Assembly: GCF_004010195.1 (NCBI RefSeq)
Contig: NC_057757.1
Location: forward strand, 4,584,807 to 4,648,806
DNA from: Chiloscyllium plagiosum
Lineage: Eukaryota
Length of the DNA stretch: 64,000 nt
Direction of reading: 5' to 3'
The position numbers and the translations under genes are program-made. Shown piece by piece: positions 1 to 11,884 of the stretch. The notes under the pieces are model-generated. The model did no database searches and was not told the origin of the DNA. It was given only the letters and a program-made list of their open reading frames with translations. How positions within the stretch are numbered: the stretch's first letter is position 1; each line of letters begins with the position of its first letter.

Positions 1-133
1 GAAGGGTTTGGAGGGATATGGGCCAAGTGCTGGCAAATGGGACTAGATTAGGTTGGGATATCTGGTCAGCATGGACGAGTTGGATCAAAGGGTCTGTTTC
101 CATGCTGTACATCTTTATGACTCTATGACTCTA
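1..133 (+). mobile_element. 3' end of HER1-like (CR1 clade) LINE
   Basis: GAAGGGTTTGGAGGGATATGGGCC...GGGTCTGTTTCCATGCTGTAC ending in a CTATGACT-type tail; the same tail recurs on many LINE copies in the window. Confidence 0.8.
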
Positions 134-1782
134 AACCCTGGTCTGTGAGACCAGGCCACACCCAGCCAGGCTGCTTCTATTATTACAACTTTTTAAAAAA
201 ATCCAAGGCCTGACAAGCTGATTACTCCAGTGTTTCTGGTAGACTGTCCGGTACCTCTGCCTTACAACCTCTCTTCAAAAACAAACCAGGACAAAATAAT
301 CTCTTCAAGTCACAGCATTGTTCCATAACCTCTAACTCTGGCTTCTTAGAGTGAGATGCCAATGACACACAGAAGAGTTAGGAGCTGAACTTAGATTGGG
401 TAGGCACTATCCCTGTGCTCCAGTGAACAATGGCATGATGACTCATGTGCAAAGCTGCCTTATCATTTGACTGGATCTAATTGCTCCCTTCAGTAAAGTT
501 CACCAATATATATAATGGATAGTTCTATGTGCAGGGATATACTGCCATCTCATTGAATAAGGTTGAGGACATTCCAAACTACTTAGGTCTGTTCCTGCTC
601 TGAGAGGAAATCATTGACCAGACCATTGATCCAGCTCAATAGTGTTATGGACTAGGCCAGGCCACTCAAATCATTCTTAAGCAGGCAACCCAGACCATAA
701 CTTCCCAATTTGTTTCGGTAAGTATACAGCGAAAATTAACATGTCTTTCCCGGTTTGCAGGGGCCGCTTCCCGGATTGGATCCCAAAACAAACTGATTGC
801 CACTTTCCTGCTCAGAGCCCGCTTAATGTGAAATCAACCAATCGCTGCTCATGGAGGGACAGCCCTGCGCCGCTCCATCGGTCCAAAAGAGGGCACCAGA
901 TCTCCCTGCCACACCCCAGCCCAGCCCAGGCCTTCGCGATCATTCACAAGGACCGCAAATGATACTATCCCTCGGGAGAACGGTCTTCCTCGTTCCCGGA
1001 TTGGGGAGGGGGCAGGGAATGATTGTTATCCACTTTTCCGTAGGGACGAACCTCCATGCACGAGTTCAGATATATCGAAATAAAAATTTAGTCTTCCAAT
1101 ATTAAGAAATAATTAGAATTGAATTCCCTCTCTTGGTTTTCTGCTTCTCTTCCGGACGGTGAGAGTGAAGATGCAAACCCGCTGCTGAGGACTTTGATGA
1201 AGAGTTGGTCAGGACCTCGGTCCAGCCCTTCTCTGAGCTAGTTTCGAACGAGGAAGGCAGCTGGGGAGTTGGGGTCTTCACCATTCCCTTCATCTGTAAA
1301 TGTCAATGAGGTTGGGCTGGGGTTTATCTCCACTGGGTTGGGTTGAGGTCAGTTGGGTGTTGGGCCTGAATTGACTTAAAGCTGTTTGTGTTTCTGTGGG
1401 ATAGGTGGAGGTGAACACCAGGGTGGGGGAAGGAGTTAGTTGGGTTGGGTTGAGTGAAGGTGGACTCCAGTTGGTTTCTGTATCGATGGTGGATGATGTA
1501 ATTGCATCTTGCTTGCTTAATAAACTATTCCTGCATCTCAAGCGACTCGTTGATGGTTTTTAGAATCTCCCAGGTCGACATTACAAACATATTTGTGCTT
1601 CACTCTCTTTATTCCTGAATACTGTCATAAACCAAGCAGCAACATCCAATGGGATTGGGATAACAAAGGCATTGGATCCATCAGGATCTGTGTCCATGTC
1701 TTAATGATGTGATACAATAACAGTCCGTTGGTGTCAGCATTGACAGTATCATCAACCCACTGGAACCAAAAGGGATCTGTGT

Positions 1783-3240
1783 TCGAGTAAAGTTCCCTCT
1801 ACACTATCCCCATCAAACACTCCCAGGGACAGGGACAGCACAGGGTTAGATACAGAGTAAAGCTCCCTCTACACTATCCCCATCAAACACTCCCACGAGA
1901 GGGACAGCACAGGGTTAGATACAGAGTAAAGCTCCCTCTACACTATCCCCATCAAACACTCCCAGGAAAAGGGACAGCACAGGGTTAGATACAGAGTAAA
2001 GCTCCTTCTACACTGTCCCCCATCAAACACTCCCAGGGACAGGGACAGCACAGGGTTAGATACAGAGTAAATCCCCCTTTACACTATCCCATCAAACACT
2101 CCCAGGACAGGTATAGTACAGGGTTAGATACAGAGTAAAGCTCCCTCTACACTGTCCCTGCATCAAAAACCTCCAGGATAGGGACAGCATGGGGTTAGAT
2201 ACACATTAAAGCTGTCTCTACACTGTTCCCCATCAAACATCCCAAGGACAGTGACAGCATGGGTTTAGAAACAGAGTAAAGCCCTCTCTACACCGTCTTC
2301 CATCAAACACTGCCAGGATAGGGACAGCATGAGGTTAGATACAGAGTAAAGGTCCCTCTACACCATCCACATCAAGCACTCCCAGGAGAGGGACATCATG
2401 GGATTAGACTCAGAGTAAAAACCGCTGTACACTGCCCCCATCAAACACTCCCAGGGACAGGGACAGCACAGGGTTAGATACAGAGTAAATCTCCCTTTAC
2501 ACTGTCCCATCAAACACTCCCAGGACAGGTATAGTACAGGGTTAGATACAGAGTAAAGCTCCCTCTACACTGTCCCTGCATCAAAAACCTCCAGGATCGG
2601 GACAGCACGGGGTTAGATACACATTAAAGCTGTCTCTACACTGTCCCCCATCAAACATCCCAAGGACAGTGACAGCATGAGATTAGATACAGAGTAAAGC
2701 TCCCTCTACACCATCCACATCAAGCACTCCCAGGAGAGGGACATCATGGGATTAGACTCAGAGTAAAAACCGCTGTACACTGCCCCCATCAAACACTCCC
2801 AGGGACAGGGACAGCACGTGGTTAGATACAGAGTAAAGCTCTCTCTACACTGTCCCCCATCAAACACTCCGAGGACAGGGACAACACAGTTAGAAACAGA
2901 GTAAAGCTCTCTCTACATTGTCCCCCATCAAACACTTCCAGAACAGGGACAGCACGGGGTTAAATACAGAGTAAAGTTCCCTCTGCACTCTCCCCCATCA
3001 AACGCACCCAGGGGAGGGACAGCATAAGGTTAGATACAGAGTAACTCTCCCTCTATACTGTTCCCATCAAACACTTCCAGGACAGGAATAGCATAGGTTT
3101 ATATACAGAGTAAAGCTCTTTCTATACTGTCCCCCATCAAACACTTCCCAGGATGGGGACAGCATGGGGTTAGATACAGAGCAAAGCAGCGTCTCCACTG
3201 TCCCCCATCAAACCCTCCCAGGACACAGGATTGTATACAG
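1783..3240. repeat. ~69-bp tandem minisatellite, ~21 copies
   Basis: Unit ~CAGAGTAAAGCTCCCTCTACACTRTCCCCATCAAACACTCCCAGGACAGGGACAGCACRGGGTTAGATA; CAGAGTAA recurs at 1853 and 1922 (period 69). Confidence 0.95.
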
Positions 3241-3409
3241 TATTGAACAGCACCATCTACTGCTCTGAATTAATTTGAACTTGTCTTAAATGAAACAGGG
3301 TGGTCATTGTTAAAACAGAAGAGACCAGCTGAAGCAGGCCATGTGGATCTTCAGCCCTGCTGTACCCTGAATCATGGCTGCCCTCCACCAGTCCACTCTG
3401 CCCCTATGT

Positions 3410-4390
3410 CCATACAGGAGGATATAGATAGACTGGAGAGTTGGGCGGAAAAGTGGCAGATGGTTTTCAATCCAGACAAATGCGAGGTGATGCATTTAGG
3501 CAAAATTAATTCCAGAGCGAATTATACAATGAACGGAAGAGCCTTGGGAAAAGTTGATGGGCAGAGAGATCTGGGAGTGCAGGTCCACTGTACTCTGAAG
3601 GTGGCTGCACAGGTGGATAGAGTGGTCAAGAAGGCATATGGTATGCTTGCCTTCATTGGACGGGGTATTGAGTATAAGAGCTGGCAAGTCATGTTAACAT
3701 TGTACAAGACATTGATTCGGCCGCATTTAGAATACTGTGTACAGTTCTGGTGGCCACATTAACAAAAGGATGTGAACGCTTTGGAGAGGGTGCAGAGAAG
3801 GTTTACGAGGGTGTTGCCTGTATGGAAGGTGCTAGCTATGAAGAGAGGTTGAGTAGGTTAGGTTTATTTTCATTAGAAAAAATGCTTTGGAGAGGGTGCA
3901 GAGAAGGTTTACGAGGGTGTTGCCTGGTATGGAAGGTGCTAGCTATGAAGAGAGGATGAGTAGGTTAGGTTTATTTTCATTAGAAAAAATGAGATTGAGG
4001 GGGGACCTGACTGAGGTTTACAAAATCATGAAGGGTCTTGTCAGGGGTGGAGAGAGACAAGCTTTTCTCCAGGGTGATGGATTCAATAACGAGAGGTCAC
4101 TCTTTCAAGGTGAGAGGTGGAAAGTTTAAGGGGGATGCACGCGGCAAGTACTTCACACAGAGGGTGATGGGCGTTTGGAACGTGTTGCCAGCAGAGGTGG
4201 CAGAGGCAGGCACGGGAGATTCATTTAAGCTACGTCTGGACGGATGCATGAGTAGGTGGGGGGGGGAGCAGAGGGATACAGGTGCTTAGGACTTGACCCA
4301 CAGGTTTAGGCAGTACATTTGGATCAGCTCAGGCTTGGAGGGCCGATGGGCCTGTTCCTGGGCTGTAAACTTTCTTTGTTCTATATCGCT
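3410..4390 (+). mobile_element. 5'-truncated CR1-clade LINE (C-terminal ORF2 + 3' UTR)
   Basis: Translates QEDIDRLESWAEKWQMVFNPDKCEVMHLG...RDLGVQVH...LYKTLIRPHLEYCVQFW...LGLFSLEKMRLRGDL...TRGHSFKV, the typical CR1 post-RT region; has stops and frameshifts. Confidence 0.92.
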
Positions 4391-4485
4391 ACTTTCCTTC
4401 GTTTGAAAGGGCAGAGTGCCTTCCTCTGACACCCTGAGCTGGTGCTCTGGGTTCTCATGTTTTATTTCAGCTCCCTGGGACAATG

Positions 4486-4818
4486 GAATCATACATCACA
4501 GAAAGAAACCTTTCGGGCCAACCACACCCCAAACTGAACTAGTCCCAGCCGCCTGCTCCTGGCCCACATCCCTCGAAACCTTTCCTATTCATGGACTTAT
4601 CCAAACGTCTTTTAAATGTTGTAACTGTCCCCGCATCCATCACTTCCTCTGGAAGGTCATTCCACACACGAACCACCCTCTTGTTGCCCCTCATGTCTTT
4701 TTAAAACCTCTCTCCTCTCACCTTAAAAATATGCCCTCTAATTTTAAACTCACCCCCGCCCTAGGGAAAAGGCACCTGCCACCACCACGTGCCCCTTGTG
4801 ATTTTATAAACCTCTATA
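4486..4818 (-). mobile_element. CR1/HER1-like LINE 3' fragment, cut by assembly gap
   Basis: Reverse complement of the LINE 3' UTR and end of ORF2 (IEVYKITRG). Confidence 0.8.
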
Positions 4819-5318
4819 NNNNNNNNNNNNNNNNNNNNNNNNNNNNNNNNNNNNNNNNNNNNNNNNNNNNNNNNNNNNNNNNNNNNNNNNNNNNNNNNNN
4901 NNNNNNNNNNNNNNNNNNNNNNNNNNNNNNNNNNNNNNNNNNNNNNNNNNNNNNNNNNNNNNNNNNNNNNNNNNNNNNNNNNNNNNNNNNNNNNNNNNNN
5001 NNNNNNNNNNNNNNNNNNNNNNNNNNNNNNNNNNNNNNNNNNNNNNNNNNNNNNNNNNNNNNNNNNNNNNNNNNNNNNNNNNNNNNNNNNNNNNNNNNNN
5101 NNNNNNNNNNNNNNNNNNNNNNNNNNNNNNNNNNNNNNNNNNNNNNNNNNNNNNNNNNNNNNNNNNNNNNNNNNNNNNNNNNNNNNNNNNNNNNNNNNNN
5201 NNNNNNNNNNNNNNNNNNNNNNNNNNNNNNNNNNNNNNNNNNNNNNNNNNNNNNNNNNNNNNNNNNNNNNNNNNNNNNNNNNNNNNNNNNNNNNNNNNNN
5301 NNNNNNNNNNNNNNNNNN
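4819..5318. other. assembly gap (500 N)
   Basis: Run of N. Confidence 1.
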
Positions 5319-5324
5319 CACTTG

Positions 5325-6035
5325 TTCATAGAATCATACAGCCCAGAAACAGGCCCTTCGGCCCAACTTGTCCACATCGATCATAATCCCAAACCAAACT
5401 AGTCCCATCAGCCTGCACTTAGCCCATATCCGTCCAATCCTTTCCTATTGGACTTATCCAAATGTCTTTTAAATGTTGTTGCTGTACCCACATCCACCAC
5501 TTCCTCAGGGAGTTCATTCCACACTATGTAAAAATGTTGCCCCTCGAGTTCTTCTCAAATCTTTCTCCTCCCACCTTAAAAATATTCCCCCTAGTTTTGA
5601 AATCTATTACCATAGGGAACTGATCCTCATCGTTCACCCTATCCATGCCTTGCATGATTTTATGAACCTCTCTTAAGGTCACCCCTCAACCTCCTACGCT
5701 CCAATGAAAATATTCCCAGCCTATCCAGCCTCTCCCTGTAACTCAAACCCTCCATTCCCAGCAACGTCCTGGTAAATCTGTCCAGCTTAATAATATCCTT
5801 CCTATAACAGGGCGACCGGAACTGGACACAGTTACTCCAGAAGAGGCCTCACCAACATCCTGTACAATCTCAACATGACGTCCCAACTCCTGTACTCCAA
5901 GGTCTGAGCGATGAAGGCAAGCCTGCTAAACGCCTTCTTAACTCCCTGCCTACCTATCACGCAAATTTCAAAGAATTATGTCCCTGAACACCGAGGTCTC
6001 CTTGTTCTACAACGCTACCCAGGGCCCTACCATGA
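5325..6035 (-). mobile_element. CR1/HER1-like LINE 3' fragment
   Basis: Reverse-strand RT C-terminal remnants (GRALGSVVEQGDLGVQ) plus the LINE tail. Confidence 0.85.
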
Positions 6036-6039
6036 GTTG

Positions 6040-6195
6040 TATAAAAATCTGAAAGAACTGCGGATGCTGTAAATCCAAAATAAAACCATAAATTGCTGGA
6101 AAAGCTCAGCAGGGTCTGGCCACATCTGTGAAGAGAAATCAGAGTTAACATTTGGAGTCGAGTGCCCCTTTCTCAGCTCTGAAGAAAGATTAATT
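6040..6195 (-). mobile_element. Penelope-like element fragment inserted in LINE
   Basis: GAAAGAACTGCGGATGCTG...TGCTGGAAAAGCTCAGCAGG... family; degenerate hammerhead-like core on - strand; TTGTATAA on both sides is a possible TSD. Confidence 0.6.
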
Positions 6196-7084
6196 GTATA
6201 AGTCTTGTTTAAATTTTGAATTATTTTGATCTGCATTAATCTTGATTTTAAAATTCTTTGCCTCCATGGATTCCCCGTTCTCCCGATCCTGATCTTTGCA
6301 ACTTCCTTCAGGTGTGTAAATTCCAGAAATCTCCATGCTCCCCTAATTCCAGGTTCGTGTACATCTCCCAGTTTCTATATTGTTGAATTGCCTGGACCCT
6401 GTGCTCTGAGTTTCCCTCCCCAAAGCTCTCTGGCTGTTTGAAGATGCTGTTTAACACTGTCCTCTGTGATCAGGCTTTGTGTTGCTTGTCCCTAGCATCT
6501 CTTAATACTGATAGTCATCATCGTCCCCTGGTAGTGATCCTCAGAAGCTGTTTGGGACATTTTATAGCACCACACTCTCGACCCTGATCTTCAGCATCTG
6601 CAGTCCTCACTTTCTCCTAGCCCATCAGACATTTCATAATGTGATGTTTGACTGCAGAGTGGGGGTGCGGATGAGGGCTGGGGTGGGTGTTTGAAAAAAT
6701 GTAAAAGGGTGGCAAGTGGGGTGAAGAGATCGGTGAAGGTTCAGTCCAAACCCGACACCTGATAATCTCTACCAGCCACTGATGATAACAATCCGCATGG
6801 CTCCAGTAACTAATCCCTCACCCTATGGCATCCCAGTATTCCCCATCTCAATACTGCCACCACTGTATCCCTCCACCCCACCATTATCCTCCCTGATCAA
6901 TGGGTACCCATTATCCCTCCACCCCATACATCCCCACAGGCTCCATCCCATTTTCTTCCCTGCCTATCTCACCGACCCCACTATTCCACCTTAATATCCC
7001 TCAACTATCCATTCCCCTATCCCGATAATCTGTGAGTAAATTCCTCTACCCAGTATCCCAACTCCAATATCACCTCACCCCATT

Positions 7085-7220
7085 CTCATATACCACTGAC
7101 CCCAATATCCCCCACTTCCCATATCCCCCACTTCCCATATCCCCTTTACCCCAATATCCCCCACTTCCCATCAATATCCCCCATTCCCATATCCCCCATT
7201 CCCATATCCCCCTACCTTAG
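7085..7220. repeat. C-rich low-complexity tandem repeat (CCCATATCCCCCAYT-like)
   Basis: Several imperfect ~15-17-bp units are visible. Confidence 0.75.
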
Positions 7221-7382
7221 GTACCCCTCATCCGCAGTAACTCATGATTCTCCAATCTCCTGTAAGTCCCATTATTATTGCCGTGACTTCCCAGTGCATT
7301 ATTCCCACCCTCACCCACCCACCACCCATCACCCAGGCACCCTCACATCATTCTCTCTCATACCCGAGTATTGCCCTAGTGA

Positions 7383-9620
7383 CATAGAGTTACAGAGATG
7401 TACAGCACGGAAACAGACCCTTCGGTCAAATTTGTCCATGCCGAACAGATATCCTAAATTAATCCAGTCCCATTTGCCAGCACCTGGCCATATACCTCTC
7501 AACCCTTCCTGTTTATTAACCCGTTCGAATGCCTTTTAAATGTTGTAATTGTACCAGCCTCTACCACTTCCTCTGGCAGCTCATTCCATTCATGCACCAC
7601 CCTCTGTGCGAAAAGGTTGCCCCTTAGGTTCATTTAAAATTCTTCCCCTCTTGCCCTAAACCCTCTAGTTTTAGACTCCGCCATCCCAGGGAAAAGACCT
7701 TGGCTATTCACCCTATCCATGTCCCTTATGATTTTATAAACCTCTGTAAAGTCACCCCTCAGCATCCGATGCTCCAGGGAAAACAGCCCCAGCCTATTCA
7801 GCCTCTCCCTATAGCTCAAATCCTCCAACCCTGGCAACATCCTTGTAAATCTTTTCTGAACCCTTTCAAGTTTCACAACATCTTTCTGATAGGAAGGAGA
7901 CCAGAATTGTACACAATACTCCACAAGTGGCTTAACCAACATCCTGTACAGCCACAACATGACCTCCCAACTCCAATACTCAATAATCTAACCAATAAAG
8001 GAAAGCATACCAAACACCACCTTCACTATCCTATATACCTACAACTCCACCTTTCAAGTAGCTATGAACCTGCACTCCAAGGTCTCTTTGTTCAGCAACA
8101 CTCCCCAGGACCTAACCATTTAGTGTATAAGTACTGCCCTGATTTGCCTTTCCAAATTGCAGCACCTCCCATTTATCTAAATTAAACTCCATCTGCCACT
8201 CCTCAGCTCATTGGCGCATCTGATCAAGATCCCATTAAACTCTGAGATAACCTTCGCTGTCCACAACACCTCAAATTTTGTTGTCGTCTGCAAACTTACT
8301 AACTATACCTCCTATGTTCACATCCAAATCATTTATATAAATGACGAAAAGCAGTGAACCCAGGACCGATCCTTGTGTCACTCCAATGGTCACAGGCCTC
8401 CAGTCTGGAAAACAACCCTCCAGCACCACCCTCTGTCTTCCACCTTTGAGCCAGTTCTGTATCCAAATGGCTAATTCTTCCCGTATTCCATGGGAAATCT
8501 AACCTTGCTAATCAGTCTACCATGACAAGCCTTACTGAAGTCCATATAGATCACGTCCAATGCTCTGCCATCACGCTCCTTATCTTTCCAAATACATGTA
8601 AATCCTGTCGCTCAGGATTCCAACAACTTGCCCACCATCGATGTCAGACTCACTGGTCTATAGTTCCCTGGCTTGTCCTTACCACTTTCTTAAACAGTGG
8701 CACCACGTTTGCCAATCTCCAGTCTTCTGGCACCTCACCTGTGACTATCAATGATACAAATATCTCAGCAAGAGGCCCAGCAATTACTTCCCTAGCTTCC
8801 CACAGAGTTCTAGGGTATACCTGATTAGGTCATGGGGATTTATCCACATTTATGCGTTTCAAGATATCCAGCAGTTCCTCCTCTGTAATCTGGACATTTT
8901 CAAGATGTCACTATCCATTTCCCCACATTCTATATCTTCCATGTCCTTCTCCACAGTAAATACTGTTGCAAAATACTCATTTAGTATCTCCCCATCTCCT
9001 GCGGCTCTACATAAAGGCTGCCTTGCTGGTCTTTGGAGGTCCCTATTCTCTCCCTAGTTACTCTTTTGTCCTTAATGTATTTGTAAAAACGCTTTGGATT
9101 CTGCTTAACCCTATTTGCCAAAGCTATCTCACATCCCCTTTTTGCCCTCCTGATTTCTCTCTTAAGTATACTCCTACTGCCTTTATACTCTTCTCAGGAT
9201 TTACTCAATCTCTGCTGATTATACCTGACATGTGATTCCTTCTTTCTCTTAACCAAAACTTGAATTTCTCTAGCCATCCAGCATTCCCTACACGTTACCA
9301 GCCTTGCCTTTCACCCTAACAGGAAAATAGTGTCTCTGGACTCACTATCTCATTTTTGAAGGCTTCCCATTTTCCAGCCGTCCCTTTACCTGCAAACATC
9401 TGCCCCCAATCAGTTTTTGAAAGTTCTTGCCAATACCATCAAAATTGGCCTTCCTCCAATTTAGAACTTCAACTTTTAGCTCTGGTCTATCCTTTTCCGT
9501 CACTATTTTAGAACAAATAGAATTATGATCGCTGGCTCCAAAGTGCTCTCCCACTGAAACCTCGGTCACCTGCCCTGCTTATTTCTCAAGAGTAGGTCAA
9601 GTTTTGTAGCTTCTCTACAA
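7383..9620 (-). mobile_element. Long decayed HER1-like CR1 LINE (end of endonuclease region, RT, 3' tail) with internal deletions
   Basis: Minus-strand ORFs VSVGEHFGASDHNSI...LNWRKANFDGI (EN C-terminus) and LYRMLVKPLVEYCVQFWSP...KLERVQKRFTRMLPGL; LINE tail at ~7385. Confidence 0.93.
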
Positions 9621-9969
9621 GTTATGACATCCCACCCCATTACCTACTGTCACTCTCGCTATTCCCCTCACCCACTTATTGCACCACCACACCCCTTTAT
9701 CCATTATACATCCCTTCCCTCTCATCTTATGCCATTCACCCCCTCCCCATTATTTCTCATCCCTTCTCAAATTATCCCCACCCCTTCCCAATTATCCCAC
9801 TCACCCCATCCCCATTATGCCACACTCCGTGCCCTAGTATATCCCACACCCCTACCCCATTATCCCAATCACTCCTCTCCATTAACCCTTTACTCCTTCC
9901 ACATTGTTCCCCTCCCCCCCCCTTCCAGGTTGACTCTAATGTTGAGGGTGGGGGGTTAGAGCTGTGAGT

Positions 9970-10235
9970 TCTCTGTTTCTTCGTGGGGCGGGGGGAGGAG
10001 GAGGAGGCGGGGCTAAGACGGGACTCCCGCCCCTTCTGTCCCATTGGCTGTCCTCCGGGCATGCGGGAGCCTGGGATTGGGGAGGGCGCCTGTCAATCAC
10101 CGGCGGGAGGCGGGCTGGCGGGAAGGGCTCGAGGGGAAAGGGGGGCGGGGCGGAGCGGAGGCAGCTGCCAATCACAGCCCGCGGTGGGGACGGGGGAGAA
10201 TGGGCGGGCGAAGGGTGTTTTCCGGCGACAGTATT
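9970..10235 (+). promoter_or_regulatory. CpG-island, TATA-less promoter with GC boxes and CCAAT boxes
   Basis: Sharp CpG/GC enrichment; several GGGCGG/CCGCCC boxes (~9985, ~10026, ~10143, ~10202); CCAAT/ATTGG at ~10043, ~10076, ~10168; ETS-like TTCCGG at ~10220; directly upstream of a first exon. Confidence 0.85.
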
Positions 10236-10236
10236 C

Positions 10237-10371
10237 GATACATTGGAGCATACATTGTGTCTTCTGTCGGGATACACTGTAGCGCTCGGAGGATACATTG
10301 TATCTTCTGTCCGGATACACTGTAGCGGCGCGGCCGACACATTGTGGTCGCTCCGGGGGTTACATTGTAGT
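10237..10371. promoter_or_regulatory. Array of seven 13-bp G(A/T)TACA(T/C)TGT(A/G)(G/T)C-type pseudo-palindromes (DM-domain/DMRT-like sites)
   Basis: Motifs start at 10237, 10249, 10271, 10292 (GATACATTGTATC), 10314, 10336, 10359; the binding-site assignment is inference. Confidence 0.5.
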
Positions 10372-10636
10372 AGCGCCTAGGAGCGAGGAGGGGGTTTTCC
10401 GCTCCTCCTCCTGGGTCATATCGGCGGCAGCAGCAGTAGCCCCCCCACCTCGATGTCCGTTCGGCCCCCCCTCCTCCCCCACTCCAAAACATTAAGACAA
10501 CCCGAACCTGCGACCTTTCTCCCTCCCTCCTATCCCATCTCTCCTCTCCTCTCCTCTCCCTCCTTTCTAACCCATCTCCCTCTCCACCTCAGGGCTCTGC
10601 ACACTTGGGAAACTCCCCTCGACCGAGGCTGATAGC

Positions 10637-10659
10637 ATGGGGGACAAGTCTGGCACAAG
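10637..10659 (+). CDS. ARRB2: Beta-arrestin (beta-arrestin-2 type) first coding exon, MGDKSGT-R, phase-2 donor
   Basis: agcATGG Kozak; ATG GGG GAC AAG TCT GGC ACA AG|gtaggt; 23 coding nt and phase 2 as in vertebrate ARRB2 (human MGEKPGTR, teleost MGDKAGTR), whereas ARRB1 is one residue shorter (MGDKGTR). Only 8 codons are visible and exon 2 was not found in the window. Confidence 0.7.
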
Positions 10660-11884
10660 GTAGGTGCACTTTCACCTCTTGTTGAAATTGTGTGTGTGTG
10701 TGTGTCTTCTCCCACCTCTGCTGCAGGAGTGCATCTCCTTTACCTCACGCGTGGGGGCCAGCCCACATTTAAAGGAAGGTTGCACCCCCTACCCCCCCAC
10801 CCCCCAAAAGGCCTTCTGTTTGGGCTGTGAGTTTTCCTTTTGTTGCATATATCATCAGACCAAAGCAACAAGTATCCTTGTTTTTTATTATTATATTAAT
10901 CCATCTCTCAAGCAGGATTTAGAGGTGCTCAATTATCTGCCCTTGGTGTATACTGATGTTCTGCTATTTTTTAATTTACTATTGCACCACCATCTGTTCC
11001 CCCTCACCGCTTCCCTTGTTCTGCGCTTTGGTGCTGTTAGGCATGCCTGCTGCCCCCTCATTTCATTTATATATAAATGCTGTTGGTGGTCCAGTTCTCC
11101 CAATGATGCCTGATGGGCAGGTGGCTTGTTTTACCCAGTGCCTTCCTTTCTCCAGAGCTCCTGGAGTCTGCCTGACAAATCCAAGGTGTGGGGTTGAACA
11201 TGTGACATTCGGCTTCTGTGAACAGAACTTTGGGCTCCTTTGCATTTGTGTCTCCTTAAGGTGTACCTGCGTTTGATAGTTTGACCTCCTTCCACGTGGC
11301 TGTTTGTGGAATGAAGCTGTTTTGATAAGGATGTTCTGTCTATTGAATGCTGCTGGTTTTAAGAGCATCCATGTGTGTGAAATATATCGTCAGTATCGTT
11401 CTCTTTTGGCTAATTGTTGCTGTTGGACTTTGGCAATCCACTGCCCTCCTTCTCCCCCCCCCCATCCCAGTTTGGAGGAAGTATTCTAATTTGCAACTTT
11501 ATCACTCTTGTGCTGACTGATTTGCATTGTCTGCCGGTGAACCGATTTGGTTTTCAAACCTCATCTCGGCCTTGTTTCCAAACAAAAAAAATTCCAGGGC
11601 TAGTTCCCTAACCGACTCCTCAATCTCAACCAGCCCTACCCTCTGCTTGGGATCTCTCTGCCACTCAATTCTCACTCCCCAATCACCCATGATCTTAAGT
11701 GCCCTGCATTTGGTGGTTGACTAGGGCCTAGGACTCTGCAGTTGTCTCCCTAAACCTCTCCACCTTGCTACCTTCCTTTTTCTGCTTGACCTCTGTCCCA
11801 GTATCTGGTCAATGGACTGAGAACTCCTGATGTGTCCGTAAGACGTAGGCCATTCAGCCCATCGAGTTTGCTCTGTCATTCACG

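Noticed and set aside
1290..1541. Ser/Thr/Pro-rich mucin-like minus-strand ORF, or an endogenous viral gene in 350-1780
   Set aside because: Bounded by stops with no acceptor or donor; composition is explained by GGGTT-rich low complexity; hand translation of the flanks gave random-level stop density and no recognisable viral motif
1783..3240. CRISPR-like regular array
   Set aside because: Whole units repeat with no unique spacers, there are no cas genes and the context is vertebrate; it is a minisatellite (the same applies to 51192-51600)
4416..5402. Long ORFs across N runs (also 34076-34728 and 47506-48818)
   Set aside because: Artefacts of translating assembly gaps
9772..10495. Overlapping GC-rich ORFs in the CpG island
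   Set aside because: Stop-poor because of GC content, non-ATG starts and no homology recognised
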